Shown piece by piece: positions 39,385 through 50,559 of a DNA stretch of 64,000 nt (positions within the stretch are counted from its first letter, which is position 1; every line of letters begins with the position of its first letter). This stretch comes from Chiloscyllium plagiosum (Eukaryota). Position numbers and translations under genes: made by a program. The stretch covers positions 58,215,823-58,279,822 of the forward strand of contig NC_057719.1 of the NCBI RefSeq assembly GCF_004010195.1, written 5' to 3'. The notes beneath the pieces are model-generated. The model was given only the letters and a program-made list of their open reading frames with translations. It searched no databases and was not told the origin of the DNA.

Positions 39385-42308
39385 ATAAATTTAACGGTAT
39401 TTATTTCAATGCAAGAGGCCTAACAGGGAAGGCAGATGAACTCAGGGCATGGTTAGGAACATGGGACTGGGAAAATGTAGCAATTACAGAAACATGGCTC
39501 ATGGATGGACAGGATTGGCAGCTTAATGTTCCAGGATACAAATGCTACAGGAAGTACAGAAAGGGAGGCAAAAGAGGAAGGGGAGTGGCGTTTTTAATAA
39601 GGGATAGCATTACAGCTGTACTGAGGGAGGATATTCCTGGAAATACATCCAGTGAAGTTATTTGGGTGGAACTGAGAAATAAGAAAGGGATGATCACCTT
39701 ATTGGGATTATATTGTAGACCCCCCCAATAGTCAGAGGGAAATTGAGAAACAAACTTGGAAGGAGATCTCAGTTATCGGTCAGAACAATAGGATGGCTAT
39801 GGTAGGGGATTTTAAGTTTCCAAACATCGACTGGGACTGCCATAGTGTGAAGGGTTTAGATGGAGAGGAATTTGTTAAGTGTGTACAAGAAAATTTTCTG
39901 ATTCAGTATATGGATGTACCTACGAGAGAAGGTGCAAAACTTGACCTACTCATGGGAAATAAAGCAGGGCAGGTGACTGAGGTGTCAGTGGGGGAGCACT
40001 TTGGGGCCAGTGACCATAATTCTATTAGTTTTAAAAAGCAGTGATGGAAAAAGATAGACCAGATCTAAAAGTTGAAGTTCTAAGTTGGAGAAAGGCCAAT
40101 TTTGAATGTATTAGGCAAGAACATTCAAAAGCTGACTGGGAGCAGACGTTCGCAGGTAAAGGGACGGCTGGAAAATGGGAAGCCTTCAGAAATGAGATAA
40201 CGAGAGTCCAGAGAAAGTATATTTCTGTCAGGGTGAAAAGGAAAGGCTGGTAGGTATAGGAAATGCTGGATGACTAAAGAAATGGAGGGTTTGGTTAAGA
40301 AAAAGAAGGAAGCCTATGTCAAGCATAGACAGGATAGACAGAAGAGTATAAAGGTAGTAGGAGTACACTTATGAAAGAAATCAGGAGGGCAAAAAGGGGA
40401 CATGAGATAGCTTTGGCAAATAGAGGTAAGGAGAATCCAAAGGTTTTTTTACAAAGACATTTAGGTCAAAATGGTAACTAGGGAGAGAATAGGGCACCTC
40501 AAAGATCAGCTGTGTGTGCAGCCGCAGGAGGTGGGGGAGATACTAAACAAGTATTTTGCATCAGTATTTATTGTGGAAAAGGGCATGGAAGATATAGAAT
40601 GCAGGGAATTAAATGGTGACATCTTGAAAAATGTCTATAATACAGAAGAGGGAGTGCTGGACGTCTTGAAATGCATAAAAGTCGATAAATCCCCAGAACC
40701 TGATCAGGTGTACCCTAGAATTCTGTGGAAAGCTAGGGAAGTGATTGCTGGGCCTCTAACTGAGATATTTTTATCATCATTAGTCACAGGTGAGCTGCCA
40801 GAAGACTGGAGGATGGCTAACATGGTGCCACTGTATAAGGTGGTAAGGACAAGCCAGGGAACTATAGACCAGTGAACCTGACGTCGGTGGTGGGCAAGTT
40901 GTTGGAGGGAATCCTGAGGGACAGGATGTACATGTATTTGGAAAGGCAAGGACTGATTCAGGATAGTCAACATGGCTTTGTGCATGGGAAATCGTGTCTC
41001 ACAAGCATGATTGAGTTTTTTGAAGAAGTAACAAAGAGGATTGATGAGGGCAGAGCGGTAGATGTGATCTATATGGACTTTAGTAAGGCGTTCGACAAGG
41101 TTCCCCATGGGAGAGTGATTAGCCAGGTTAGGTCTCATGGGATACAGGAAGAACTAGTCATTTGGATACAGCACTGGCTCAAAAGTAGAAGTCAGAGAGT
41201 GGTGGTGGAGGGTTGTTTTTCAGACTGGAGGCCTGTGACCAGTGAAGTGCCACAAGGATCGGTGCTTGGTCTACTACTTTTCATCATTTATATAAATGAT
41301 TTGGATATGAGCATAAGAGGTATAGGTAGTACATTTGCTGATGACACCAAAATTGGAGATGTAGTGGACAACAAAGAAAGTTACCTCAGATTACAATGGG
41401 ATCTTGATCAGATGGGCCAATGGGCTGAGAAGTGGCAGATGGAGTTTAATTTAGATAAATGTGAGGAGCTGCATTTTGGAAAATCAAATCTTATCAGGAC
41501 TTATACACTTAATGATAAGGAAAAAGTGAGGTCTGCAGATGCTGGAGATCAGAGCTGAAAATGTGTTGCTGGAAAAGCGCAGCAGGTCAGGCAGCATCCA
41601 GGGAACAGGAGAATTGACGTTTTGGGCATAAGCCCTTCACGTCGATTCTCCTGTTCCCTGGATGCTGCCTGACTTAATGGTAAGGGCCTAGGGAGTGCTG
41701 CTGTACAAAGAGATCTTGGAATGCAAGTTCATAGCCCCTTGAAAGTGGAATCACAGGTAGATAGGATAGTGAAGAAGGCTTTTAGTATGCTTTCCTTTAT
41801 TAGTTAAGAGTATTGAGTACAGGAGTTGGAAAGTCATGTTGCAGGAATATTGTGTGCAATTCTGGTCTCTTTCCAATTGGAAGGATGTTGTGAAATTTGA
41901 AATGGTTCAGAAAAAATTTCCAAGGATGTTGCCAGGATTAGAGGATTTGAGCTATGGGGAGAGGCTGAATAGGCTAGGGCTGTTTTCCCTGGAGTGTCGG
42001 AAGCTGAGGGGTGACCTTGTAGAGGTTTTTAAATCACGAGGGGCTTGGATAGGATAAATAGACAAAGTTTTTTCCTGAGTGTGGTGGAGTCCAGAACTCA
42101 AGGACATAGCTTTCGGGTAAGAGGGGAAAGCTATAAAAGATACCTAAGGGGCAACTTTTTCACGCAGAGGGTGGTACATGTATGAAATGAGCTGCCAGAG
42201 GAAGTGGTGGAGGCTAGTACAATTGCAACATTTAAAAGGCATCTGAATGATTATATGAATAGGAAAGGTGTGGAGGGATGTGGGCTGGGTGCTGGCAGGT
42301 GGGACTAG
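39385..42308 (+). pseudogene. CR1 ORF2 (endonuclease and reverse transcriptase), disrupted
   Basis: IYFNARGL, VAITETWL, VGDFKFP, SDHN; ORF 40872-41558 with [16 protein letters not shown] and FADD (41334-41345). Confidence 0.9.
41519..41671. mobile_element. Penelope-derived hairpin mini-element inside the CR1
   Basis: Same arm family; TSD acttaatg(a/g)taagg at 41507-41520 and 41672-41685. Confidence 0.8.
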
Positions 42309-42400
42309 ATTGGGTTGGAATATCTGGTTGGCAAGGACAAGTTGGACCGAAGGGTCTGTTTCTGTGCTGTACATCTTTATGATTATGACTACGACTATGA

Positions 42401-43459
42401 TTGCGCAATCGCTGTTTTAACCCAGACCCACAGAGATCGCAAGAGGCCAGTAGCCTCTTAACTCAACTTGCCTTGACCCTGTCACCATGTGCCTCCTGCC
42501 TTGCTCACAAATTCTGCTGGCTACCTACTCCCTTGTGACAGCTGCGTCAAATATACACTTGACCATCTATTCATCACACGCAATCGTAGCCCTCCTGACT
42601 TCCCAGCAGACCCAACATCTTACACAGGCTCGACCTAGCTGTTACGAAATAGCCCTTAACACCCCGTCTGACCTTTTCCTACTGCTTGACCGTTAACCCG
42701 GTAACTTTCCTTCATGCCCCTCCAGAGGAGCGTCCCCAACCTTCCCGTGACTGTCTTTTGCACAACCACTTCTTGACATCCCCCAACCAGACCTCTCAGA
42801 CGCTCCATTGCCCACACCGGATTCAACCCTCTTTGTAGATGGTAGCTCATCAATATCACCCTGAGGAGTGTCTCTTTCAGGATATGAAATCGTAACCCTC
42901 ACGGACACATTAGAAGCCTCCTCCCTTGACCTACCCGGTTTCCGTCCAGAAAGCAAAACTTTTTGCCCTGACACTACCCTGTATCCTGGCCACAGGGAAA
43001 ACGGTTAATCCAAACACAGATTCATGGTACGCCTTTAGCGTGGCCCACGACTTTGGCCAGCTTTAGTCTCAGCGAGGATTTCTGACCTCTTCAGGCACCC
43101 CTATTCACAACACATTGTATGTCCAAAATCTCCTTAACTCCTCCCCAAGCAATTGGCCACAATCAACTGTGTTGCCCATGTCACGGACAATACAGAGGTC
43201 AGCCATAGCAACGCCAGAGCTGACCGAGATGCCAAGGATGCGGCAAGGACTCACAATTCAAACGTCTCCACGCGTAATCGGCAGGCACCCAACCAAAAAC
43301 TTGCCTCAAGAACAAAAGGCATTCCAGACATTGTCACAGTGCAGCATTTACAGGGGATGCCCCTGATTCAGAAAAGCAGATATGGAAGACACTTGGGAGC
43401 TTGCACTCTGCATCAAGAGGCCTATGGATCACTCCAGTCGGTCAAGTTTGTATATCTGA
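42401..43459 (+). pseudogene. pol: ERV pol, RT connection subdomain and RNase H
   Basis: AVLTQTHRDRKRPVA..LDPV; LFVDGSS; NTDSWYAFSVAHDFG..RGFLTSSGTPI; CVAH..SNARADRDAKDAA. Confidence 0.85.
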
Positions 43460-44005
43460 TAGGCAAAAATGAGGACTGCAGATGCTAGAGATTAGAGTCT
43501 AGATTAGAGTGGTGCTGGAAAAACACAGCAGGTCAGGTGGCATCCGAGGGGCAGGAAAATCGACCTTTCGGGCTGGAGCCCTTCATCAGGAATGATGGCC
43601 TTTCCAAACTGTGCTGGTTTGAATCTAGTCCGGAGTCCATTTGGGATCAGTTGGTTGCGGAGGCAGGCACTGAGGAAACAGATGTGGCTGTGGTAGTGAG
43701 TCTGTTTCAGGACATGGTTGAAGAGCTTCATGACAGAGGAGATGACCTGGGGGGTTGCAGTGAGAGACAGAGACTCACTGAGATTCTTGTAGAGAGAGGA
43801 GGAGAACTCCTTCAAGGTAGGCATCCTTGCAAGAGGATTTGCAGTAAGGTTAAAATCAAGTAGGCAAAAGTGAGGACTGCAGATGATGGAGATAAGAGTC
43901 TAGAATCGAGTGGTGCTGGAAAAGCACAGCAAGTCAGGCAGCATCCGAGCGGCAGGAAAATCGACGTTTCAGGCTGGAGCCCTTCATCAGGAATGAAGGC
44001 CTTCC
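43460..44005 (-). mobile_element. Penelope-derived tandem element (401-bp unit plus a partial second copy) with two hammerhead cores and the PLE ORF N-terminus
   Basis: Repeats start taggcaaaa at 43460 and 43861; ORF 43504-43824 HYHSHICFLSACLRNQLIPNGL; minus-strand CTGATGA at 43583-43589 and 43984-43990. Confidence 0.8.
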
Positions 44006-44568
44006 CACTTTGTAGGAGAAGTTAACACAGAGCTGTATGAAGCGCTAGGTATCCAGCAGCAATTCCATTGCACCTACCACTCCCAGGTGTCAGACATAGT
44101 GGAGGGGGCAAACAGGACTCTTAAAACCAAACTGTCTAAGCTAACATGTGAAACAGACTTGAACTGGTTGAAGGTCTTACCTGTGGCCCTGTATCACATG
44201 AGGATTACCCACACTCGACCACTGAACCGTTCGCAGCTAAGATAATCTACAGCAGACCCAGTAGGACCCCTTGGGATGCAGATACAAACCCACCCACTTG
44301 CATAGACCTAAATATTAAGGGAGAGGAAATGCAGGCATACTTTCAGCAGCTAACCACATCTCTAAAGTTCCTTCACCCACTGGTCAGGAACATGTTTGGA
44401 TCACCACCAGAAGCAGTGAACCAGGATTCAAATGAACTTACCAACCTGCAGACAGGAGAGCTCGTTGACCAAAAACTGGACCACCCCAAGCTCAGACACA
44501 TGTGGAAAGGAGCGTGCCAGATACTCCTACAAAGTCCAACGACAAAGCAGCTGGGTTCATTTAAGTGA
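44006..44568 (+). pseudogene. pol: ERV integrase core and C-terminus (N-terminal part missing)
   Basis: HFVGEVNTELYEALGIQQQFHCTYHSQVSDIVEGANRTLKTKLSKL..NWLKVLPVALYHMRITP..WKGACQILLQSPT. Confidence 0.85.
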
Positions 44569-44569
44569 C

Positions 44570-45920
44570 TGCAAACAATCCCCTCAAATAGCCTGACAAC
44601 TGTACTCGCAATGTATGGTACCATAGCCACCATTGTAGCATTCAGCCGAGAGGACAATTTGTTTTATAAGACTCGTGTTTGCACAGTAACTGGACTGTAT
44701 GTTACCCACTCCCTCAGTCAGTAGATGCGCTGTTTGTTGTCATTTCTGAGTGGGATCCTCTTAATCTATATCTGGTAGATACCTCAGACGTGCCCTGTGT
44801 AGGCCAGAGCAGGAAGCTTAGAAGGATGGCTTCAGGTCAGTGTGTAGAGCTGATAAATTCAGATAACACTCAGTCCCCCGACTACACTGGAGCCCAGGTA
44901 AAAGAAGGTACTGCTACCAATGACTCCACAAGCAATCTGCTTGGTCCCCACAAATGCCTCTTGTGCCCAGAAAGAATGTACCCACAGGCATTGCCAGGTT
45001 AGCCATGGAATGTTTACCTTTACTGTGACGAACAAAAGGTGCTGAAATGTGACTGCAGGACGGCAGTTCATTTGCGGGTATTACAAAGGTAGCCACGTCA
45101 GCTCGGACTTTTGGTCATGTCCTTTATCTGATTACCAGCTGATTGGATTGGAGGAAACTCCAGCCAAGACAGGAGCTGGTGGTACATTCAGTTCATAGCT
45201 GACAGCCACAAAGCAATTAAATGCTACCGAGTCAAAAGAGGGTTTGTGTTCCTTCTCTACGGGACCTTCACAACAGCCACCCTGATTCTTCCTGTCATAT
45301 TTGCTGTAGGGACAGTAGGACCACTCACTGTCCCATGCCCACAAAATGTCCCTACCCGCCGCAGGATAGTAGCCCGATCGGTTAGTGAGAGATTCTGTGC
45401 GGTCTGGAGGGACTGAGTAACTCTGGGATCCTCCCTGGGCTACAGGTTCCTGAGGATGCTGTCCCTCGGGGGATCAGCAGGGACGATCACAGCAAAGAAC
45501 AAAAATTACCTCATTTGTGGGTTGACCATTCTCGGAAACAGTACCATAAGGGGATTAAATGCAGTTAATCGCGAATTGGTAGAACTAAGGCTCTAAGCAC
45601 AACAGACCAGATATGCCGTTGACTATTTACTGGTCCAAAAAGGAGGTGTCTGTGCAATTGTGGGAAATAAACGTATTATTCACCTTACGGATGAATCATG
45701 TAACATGACACAAGTGATTCAATCCATTCAGCATCAGTTAGATGATTTCAGACAGGGCCCTAAGAATGTCTAAAACTGGCTTGGGTGGCTGTTCAGGGGA
45801 ACCTGGGAATCTTGGGGATCCTATTTGCTTCACGGGCTTGTAATTTTTGCTGTCCTACTCATTGTATGCTGTGTCTCAAGAACTTTTTTAAAACACTGGC
45901 TGCGGGATCATTATGAATAA
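44570..45920 (+). pseudogene. env: ERV env: short SU plus TM with internal fusion loop, ISD-like motif and membrane anchor
   Basis: One frame over 45303-45920 with three internal stops: RRRIVAR/SVS..C..LICGL..QQTRYAVDYLLVQKGGVC..WLGWLF..GLVIFAVLLIVCC; the start coordinate is approximate. Confidence 0.88.
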
Positions 45921-45971
45921 GCTGCTAAGACACTTCTCAGCCCGCATTTAGGGGAGTTATCATGGAATGAT

Positions 45972-45983
45972 AAAAGGGAGGAA
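45972..45983 (+). promoter_or_regulatory. ERV polypurine tract
   Basis: AAAAGGGAGGAA immediately before the TGT of the 3' LTR. Confidence 0.9.
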
Positions 45984-46678
45984 TGTAATGTTAAAAAATT
46001 AAATGGGAATATCTCTCTGGACATTGAAGTAACATTAAAAGGTTAAACTGCACTGACTGAATCTTCTGGAAGTGGGTGGGGATGACAGTCAGGCAGGAAT
46101 GTAAATGACTCCCCCACTCCAATTAGACAGTCATTTGTTACTACTCCCTCTACTATAATCAAAGTGAACGCTCATTTAATCTCTTCCATAGCCATCCCCA
46201 GCCAATCAGGTTCACTTGCATGATCATCCCTGATGCTGAGGCCTATCACACCTAGATTATCTGAGGAAGAAGCAGAGCCAGAACTCATTTGCAGGGCCAC
46301 CCCAAAGCTGGGACACATCATACCTAGATTGTTTTGGGGAATCACTAAGTCAGGAAATCGTCTGCATGATTCCCCAGGATTAGGGCATTAGCATTATCTC
46401 CAAGGATGATCTCATCCTACCATTGTACCTGGGGTAACATGGTTTTGGGGTTGGGGACAAGTGGCCAGAGTATCTGTAAGCATTGCCAACTGACCTGTAT
46501 AAAGGGGAATATATTTTCTTCGTTCGGGGTCTCTCTTCTGACTCGACCTAGCACGCCTGCGAAGAATATCATAGGGGTCTTTTGGCTTGCACAAGTTTTA
46601 TTAAACTTTAACTGTCTGCCGAAGTTGGTGTGTGCGAATTGCATCTCGTGTATGAAACCTCGGGAGAAGAGCCTAACA
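45984..46678 (+). repeat. ERV 3' LTR (695 bp)
   Basis: TGTAATG...CCTAACA, collinear with the 5' LTR. Confidence 0.95.
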
Positions 46679-47100
46679 ACCAGTCTGTGGTTCCCTGGCT
46701 TTTCCTTCCATCTTTCTTAAATAGCAGCACCATGCTACCCAACCTCTAGTCTTCCAGCACCTCAACTGTGGCTATCTATGACACAAATATATCTCAGCAA
46801 GGGAGCCAATGATTTTCATCACTTACCATACCATTTGAAGGTACACCTGATCAGGTCCCAGGAATGTATCCACCTTTATGTGTATTAAGCCATCCAGCAC
46901 CTCCTCCTCAGTAATACGAACATTTTCAAGCTGTTGCTATTTATTTCCCCACATTCTACTTCTTCGATATCTTCCTCCACAGTAAACAATGATGCAAAAT
47001 ACTCATTTAGTATATCCCACATCTCCTGCGATTCTGCACATTGACAGCCTTGCTGATCCTTATGTGGCCCTATTCTCTCCCTCATTTCATATTTGTCCTT
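46679..47100 (-). mobile_element. CR1 fragment (remainder of the ERV host element)
   Basis: ORF 46885-47085 RERIGPHKDQQG..ILNEYFASLFT; gttccctggct. Confidence 0.8.
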
Positions 47101-47619
47101 AAATGTATTTATAAATCTGCAATTTATCCCCTTTTAAATCATATGTTGCATTTCTCCTCTTCCTGCCAAAATGGACAAGATCACATTTTCCCATCTAATA
47201 CTCATCCAACATTTTGCTCTTGACTGTCTACCTCCTTGAAATCCAGGGTAGTCACCTCCAATGTAAATCTGTGCCTTCACTCTTTGTTATAATTCCTCCT
47301 CAATCTTTTGATGCATTGACAATCAGATTAATTGTACAAAGACTAGAACCACACCATGCATTTGAATATTTTTCTTAGGATAATCATTATTGTCTGTGTG
47401 ACATGCTTTGCTCATTGTCCTGGTAAATCTCTTTATTTGACTTATTTAACATTGATGTTAAGTTCTTTCCTAAATTTTTAGCCATTAGTATTTAGTCTAT
47501 TCCATTTAGTTGTTTTTCAGTTTTTAAATCTCATTAATTCCTGCTTTTATTTCATTGCTTAGTGTTTTTGGTCCAATGAAATTGATGATCATGTTACTCT
47601 CTTCTACCTGAATCTTTTT

Positions 47620-48120
47620 AGGTCTTCCATACTGTACAGTGAGAATAGCCATTAGGTAATTGGGACAATGCGTACTTTGAAGAGGAGTTTTAAAAGGTGC
47701 TATTTATCACCAGTACCTCTTCAGTATCTGTTCAGAAACAATGATCAAAGAAGTATTTGAAGATACACTACATGGTGGTAAGTTCTGGAGATGGAGAAGA
47801 TGTGAAAATGATAACATAACTTAGATTTGCAATTCTGGCAGACTTGAAATTTGCAATCAAAGTGACTATTGGCAAAGCTGAAGTGATGCATAGCTTAAAG
47901 TGATCAAGAAATATGTCTATACTCATAGAAGGAAGATAACTAGAACATGTACAAGAGTTCAAGTAATTCAAGTGTAACATCTAGGGATGGGAGATGCCAC
48001 AATGAATAAGGACCTTGGTAATAGGAAAGGCTGTATTTTGTAAAATGAGATTATTGCTATCCAGAAAGCTGAATAAAGAACTCAAGAAATTAGTTGAAAG
48101 GAACTTAATTAGTGTTTTTA
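47620..48120 (+). mobile_element. Degraded RTE-clade LINE RT relic
   Basis: RGV..G..LSP.LFS, I..LRFA and LEHVQEFK motifs across frameshifts. Confidence 0.55.
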
Positions 48121-48149
48121 ATTCAAAGACTCTTCTCAAAACAAGAATG

Positions 48150-48650
48150 TCTTCCTCTACAAATATCTACTAGACCTGAGTTTCTCCATTACTTCTTGTT
48201 TTTATTTCAGATTTCCAACATAAGAAATATTTGGCTTTTGCATAAAAAGAAGCTTTTTCGGTGCCATTTTTATGGATGTCAGAGATGGGTCTAATAGAAA
48301 GAATCTAATAGAAAGAGGAGACCATCTTGCTAAATAGCTTTGAAACACAAGTTTGAAGTAAATGTAATGGCTAACTGGAGATAAAAAATAATAATGAATT
48401 TTTGTGGAGAGTGATTGAACAAAGTGGAAAATTAAAATGGCAAGTGACAGGAGATCAGGGTCAAGCTTGCAAAATGAATAGAGATTGGTTGCAAAATGGT
48501 CAACCCAGTCTGCATTTGGTCTCCTCACTGTCAAGGCCATTATATCATGAGCACCAAATACAATATATTGAATTTATAGAAATGTAAGCACAATGTTCCT
48601 TCACTTTAATGGAGTGTTTGGGGCTTTGGATGATGTGAAGGGAAAAAGAA
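48150..48650. mobile_element. Old Penelope relic (terminal repeat plus minus-strand GIY-YIG remnant)
   Basis: Degenerate homology to 57255-58150. Confidence 0.5.
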
Positions 48651-48661
48651 AAACGGCTCAT

Positions 48662-48810
48662 TGAGTTATAGAGTCCTAAAGCACGGAAACAGGCCATTTA
48701 GTCCAAACTTGTCCATTCCAACCAAAATGTCCATCCCCACTTACCCCATTTCCCTGCACTTGGCCAATATCCTTCTAAATCTTTCCTATCCATGTATCTG
48801 TCCAAATACA
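48662..48810 (-). mobile_element. CR1 3'-end fragment
   Basis: Reverse complement of a CR1 3' UTR (agcacggaaacaggcc..ttccctgcacttggcc). Confidence 0.7.
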
Positions 48811-49154
48811 TGGCGAATAGTGCATTGAAATCTTCTACAGCCAAGAGAGGGTTTTTTGTGAGTACTCAGAGTGGGGGTGGGGGGTATAAATTGAAAGAAC
48901 TTCCTGGATCATAATTTGTTAGAGTTCCAGCTGGGATAGCCCAAATTCTTAAGTTCTTGGATAGGGAGATGAGTGTGTATCAGTGTATATTTTTCTATTT
49001 ATCTTAATTGCTGTGCAGGGATGGTTAAAATATCTACTCTCAAAGTGGTGGCCTTTACAACACTCTGGTCCACACACTTGGACATCCAGTCAACAATATG
49101 TCGATACTAGTGTAGCAGTCAGTTTTTAACCTTGTTTTTGTATATTCACGGACA

Positions 49155-49560
49155 GGAGAAAGTGAGGTCTGCAGATGCTGGAGATCAAAGTTGAAACTTT
49201 ATTGCTGGAACAGCACAGCAGGTCAGGCAGCATCCAGGGAACAGGAGATTCGACGTTTCGGGCACAGGCCCTGGACTCTTTGAACCAGCTGTCTCACTTA
49301 TTCAACTCCCCTGTTCTTTTGCATTATGGTGATTTTTCCTTTCCAAGCAGCTTATTATCTCTCTCTCTCTCTCTCTGTGCCAGGGCCAATGGTGCCAGTT
49401 GTGGTGCTTTCATAACTTGTCCAAAAACTATTTTGCCAGAATAGAGCACCTTTCCAGATTAAAATGTTGTGCAAGGAAGGGCCTGTGCCCGAAACGTCGA
49501 ATCTCCTGTTCCCTGGATGCTGCCTGACCTGCTGTGCTGTTCCAGCAATAAAGTTTCAAC
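49155..49560. mobile_element. Young Penelope-derived inverted element enclosing ~205 bp of unrelated sequence
   Basis: Arms at 49155-49272 and 49478-49560; perfect TSD tatattcacggaca at 49141-49154 and 49561-49574. Confidence 0.85.
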
Positions 49561-50559
49561 TATATTCACGGACAGTAAAACTAACTTGGCTGCAAGATGT
49601 GGGTTTCTGTTGATAGGGAGGGGATCGTCAGCCTTCTTACCTTCTCATTAGGTTTTTTTCCCCATTTGATACTTTTACTGGTGTGACATTTCCTGGGTTT
49701 CACTGAGAATTCTACAAGTCAGTCACTGAACTTACATTCACAGTTTGGTTTTTCTATAGCAGCCCTCCTTTAAGAATGTTTTGGAAAAGAAGGCAAAATG
49801 CTATCCATACCTAACAGTTTTTTAAAAATGTGGAAAACCCAGCAAAATAAAATCCCATCTACTTCCCAATATCATTACAGTCAATCTAAATCCCTATGAA
49901 ATCTGTACTTTGATTTCACTGCTTCTTTTCAGTTTCAATTCTGTGAGCTGCAAAGATTTTTTTTCCTGTCACAACTGACATCTGAAACTTTTCAGCTCTG
50001 AATTACCAATGCAGATTTCTAACCAAATATGTCTGTATCTGGAGGCTTTCACAAATTAAAACCCTTATACTGAGGTAACATATGCCTTCACTGCTCTTAA
50101 CAAACTCCTCTTATGCAGAGAGACAATTACTGTGCCTATCTTCAATAAGGTCGTCTTCAAATTGAATTCAAAAGCTATTTAATGAAATTAAGAGAATACT
50201 TGCTCATCCTGGCTTATGCTATACGATGCTATGTTTTTCATGTTTTCCTCTCCTGTCAAATCCCACAATATAAAAACCAATTTTCATTAACATTCAGGAA
50301 GCTTTCAATCATCTGTTCGCTGACACATACCAATTTAAAATCATGTCTCCAAAAGGAGTGACATAATGAATTATTAAACTTCTTCATACAAATAGCCCAA
50401 AACTATGTACCACTAGTTTAAAATCCAAATCCTAAAATATGTATCACAGATTTCATCACAGCATTCATACTTATTCATTCTAAAATGTTATTGTCCTGAT
50501 TACCCAAGGGCTCCTCAGTGATTAATTAGACTTTTCTCATTATAATAAAATCAAATCTG

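Larger units (their letters stand above)
37954..42400 (+). mobile_element. Full-length CR1 LINE (5' UTR, ORF1, ORF2, 3' UTR) inserted in the ERV RT
   Basis: GT/GAGT-repeat 5' end; ORF1 zinc finger and SGNH esterase; ORF2 APE endonuclease and RT; (ctatga)-like tail. Confidence 0.92.
34384..46678 (+). mobile_element. Endogenous retrovirus provirus (class I, gamma/epsilon-like pol), decayed; LTR-gag-pol-env-LTR
   Basis: Paired TG...CA LTRs; 4-bp TSD ACCA (34380-34383, 46679-46682); PBS, PPT, YVDD RT, RNase H, IN and env TM motifs. Confidence 0.95.

Noticed and set aside
45378..45920. Endogenous filovirus element
   Set aside because: The GP2-like segment occupies the normal env position between IN and the PPT/3' LTR of a retrovirus, and no NP, VP35 or L sequence is visible
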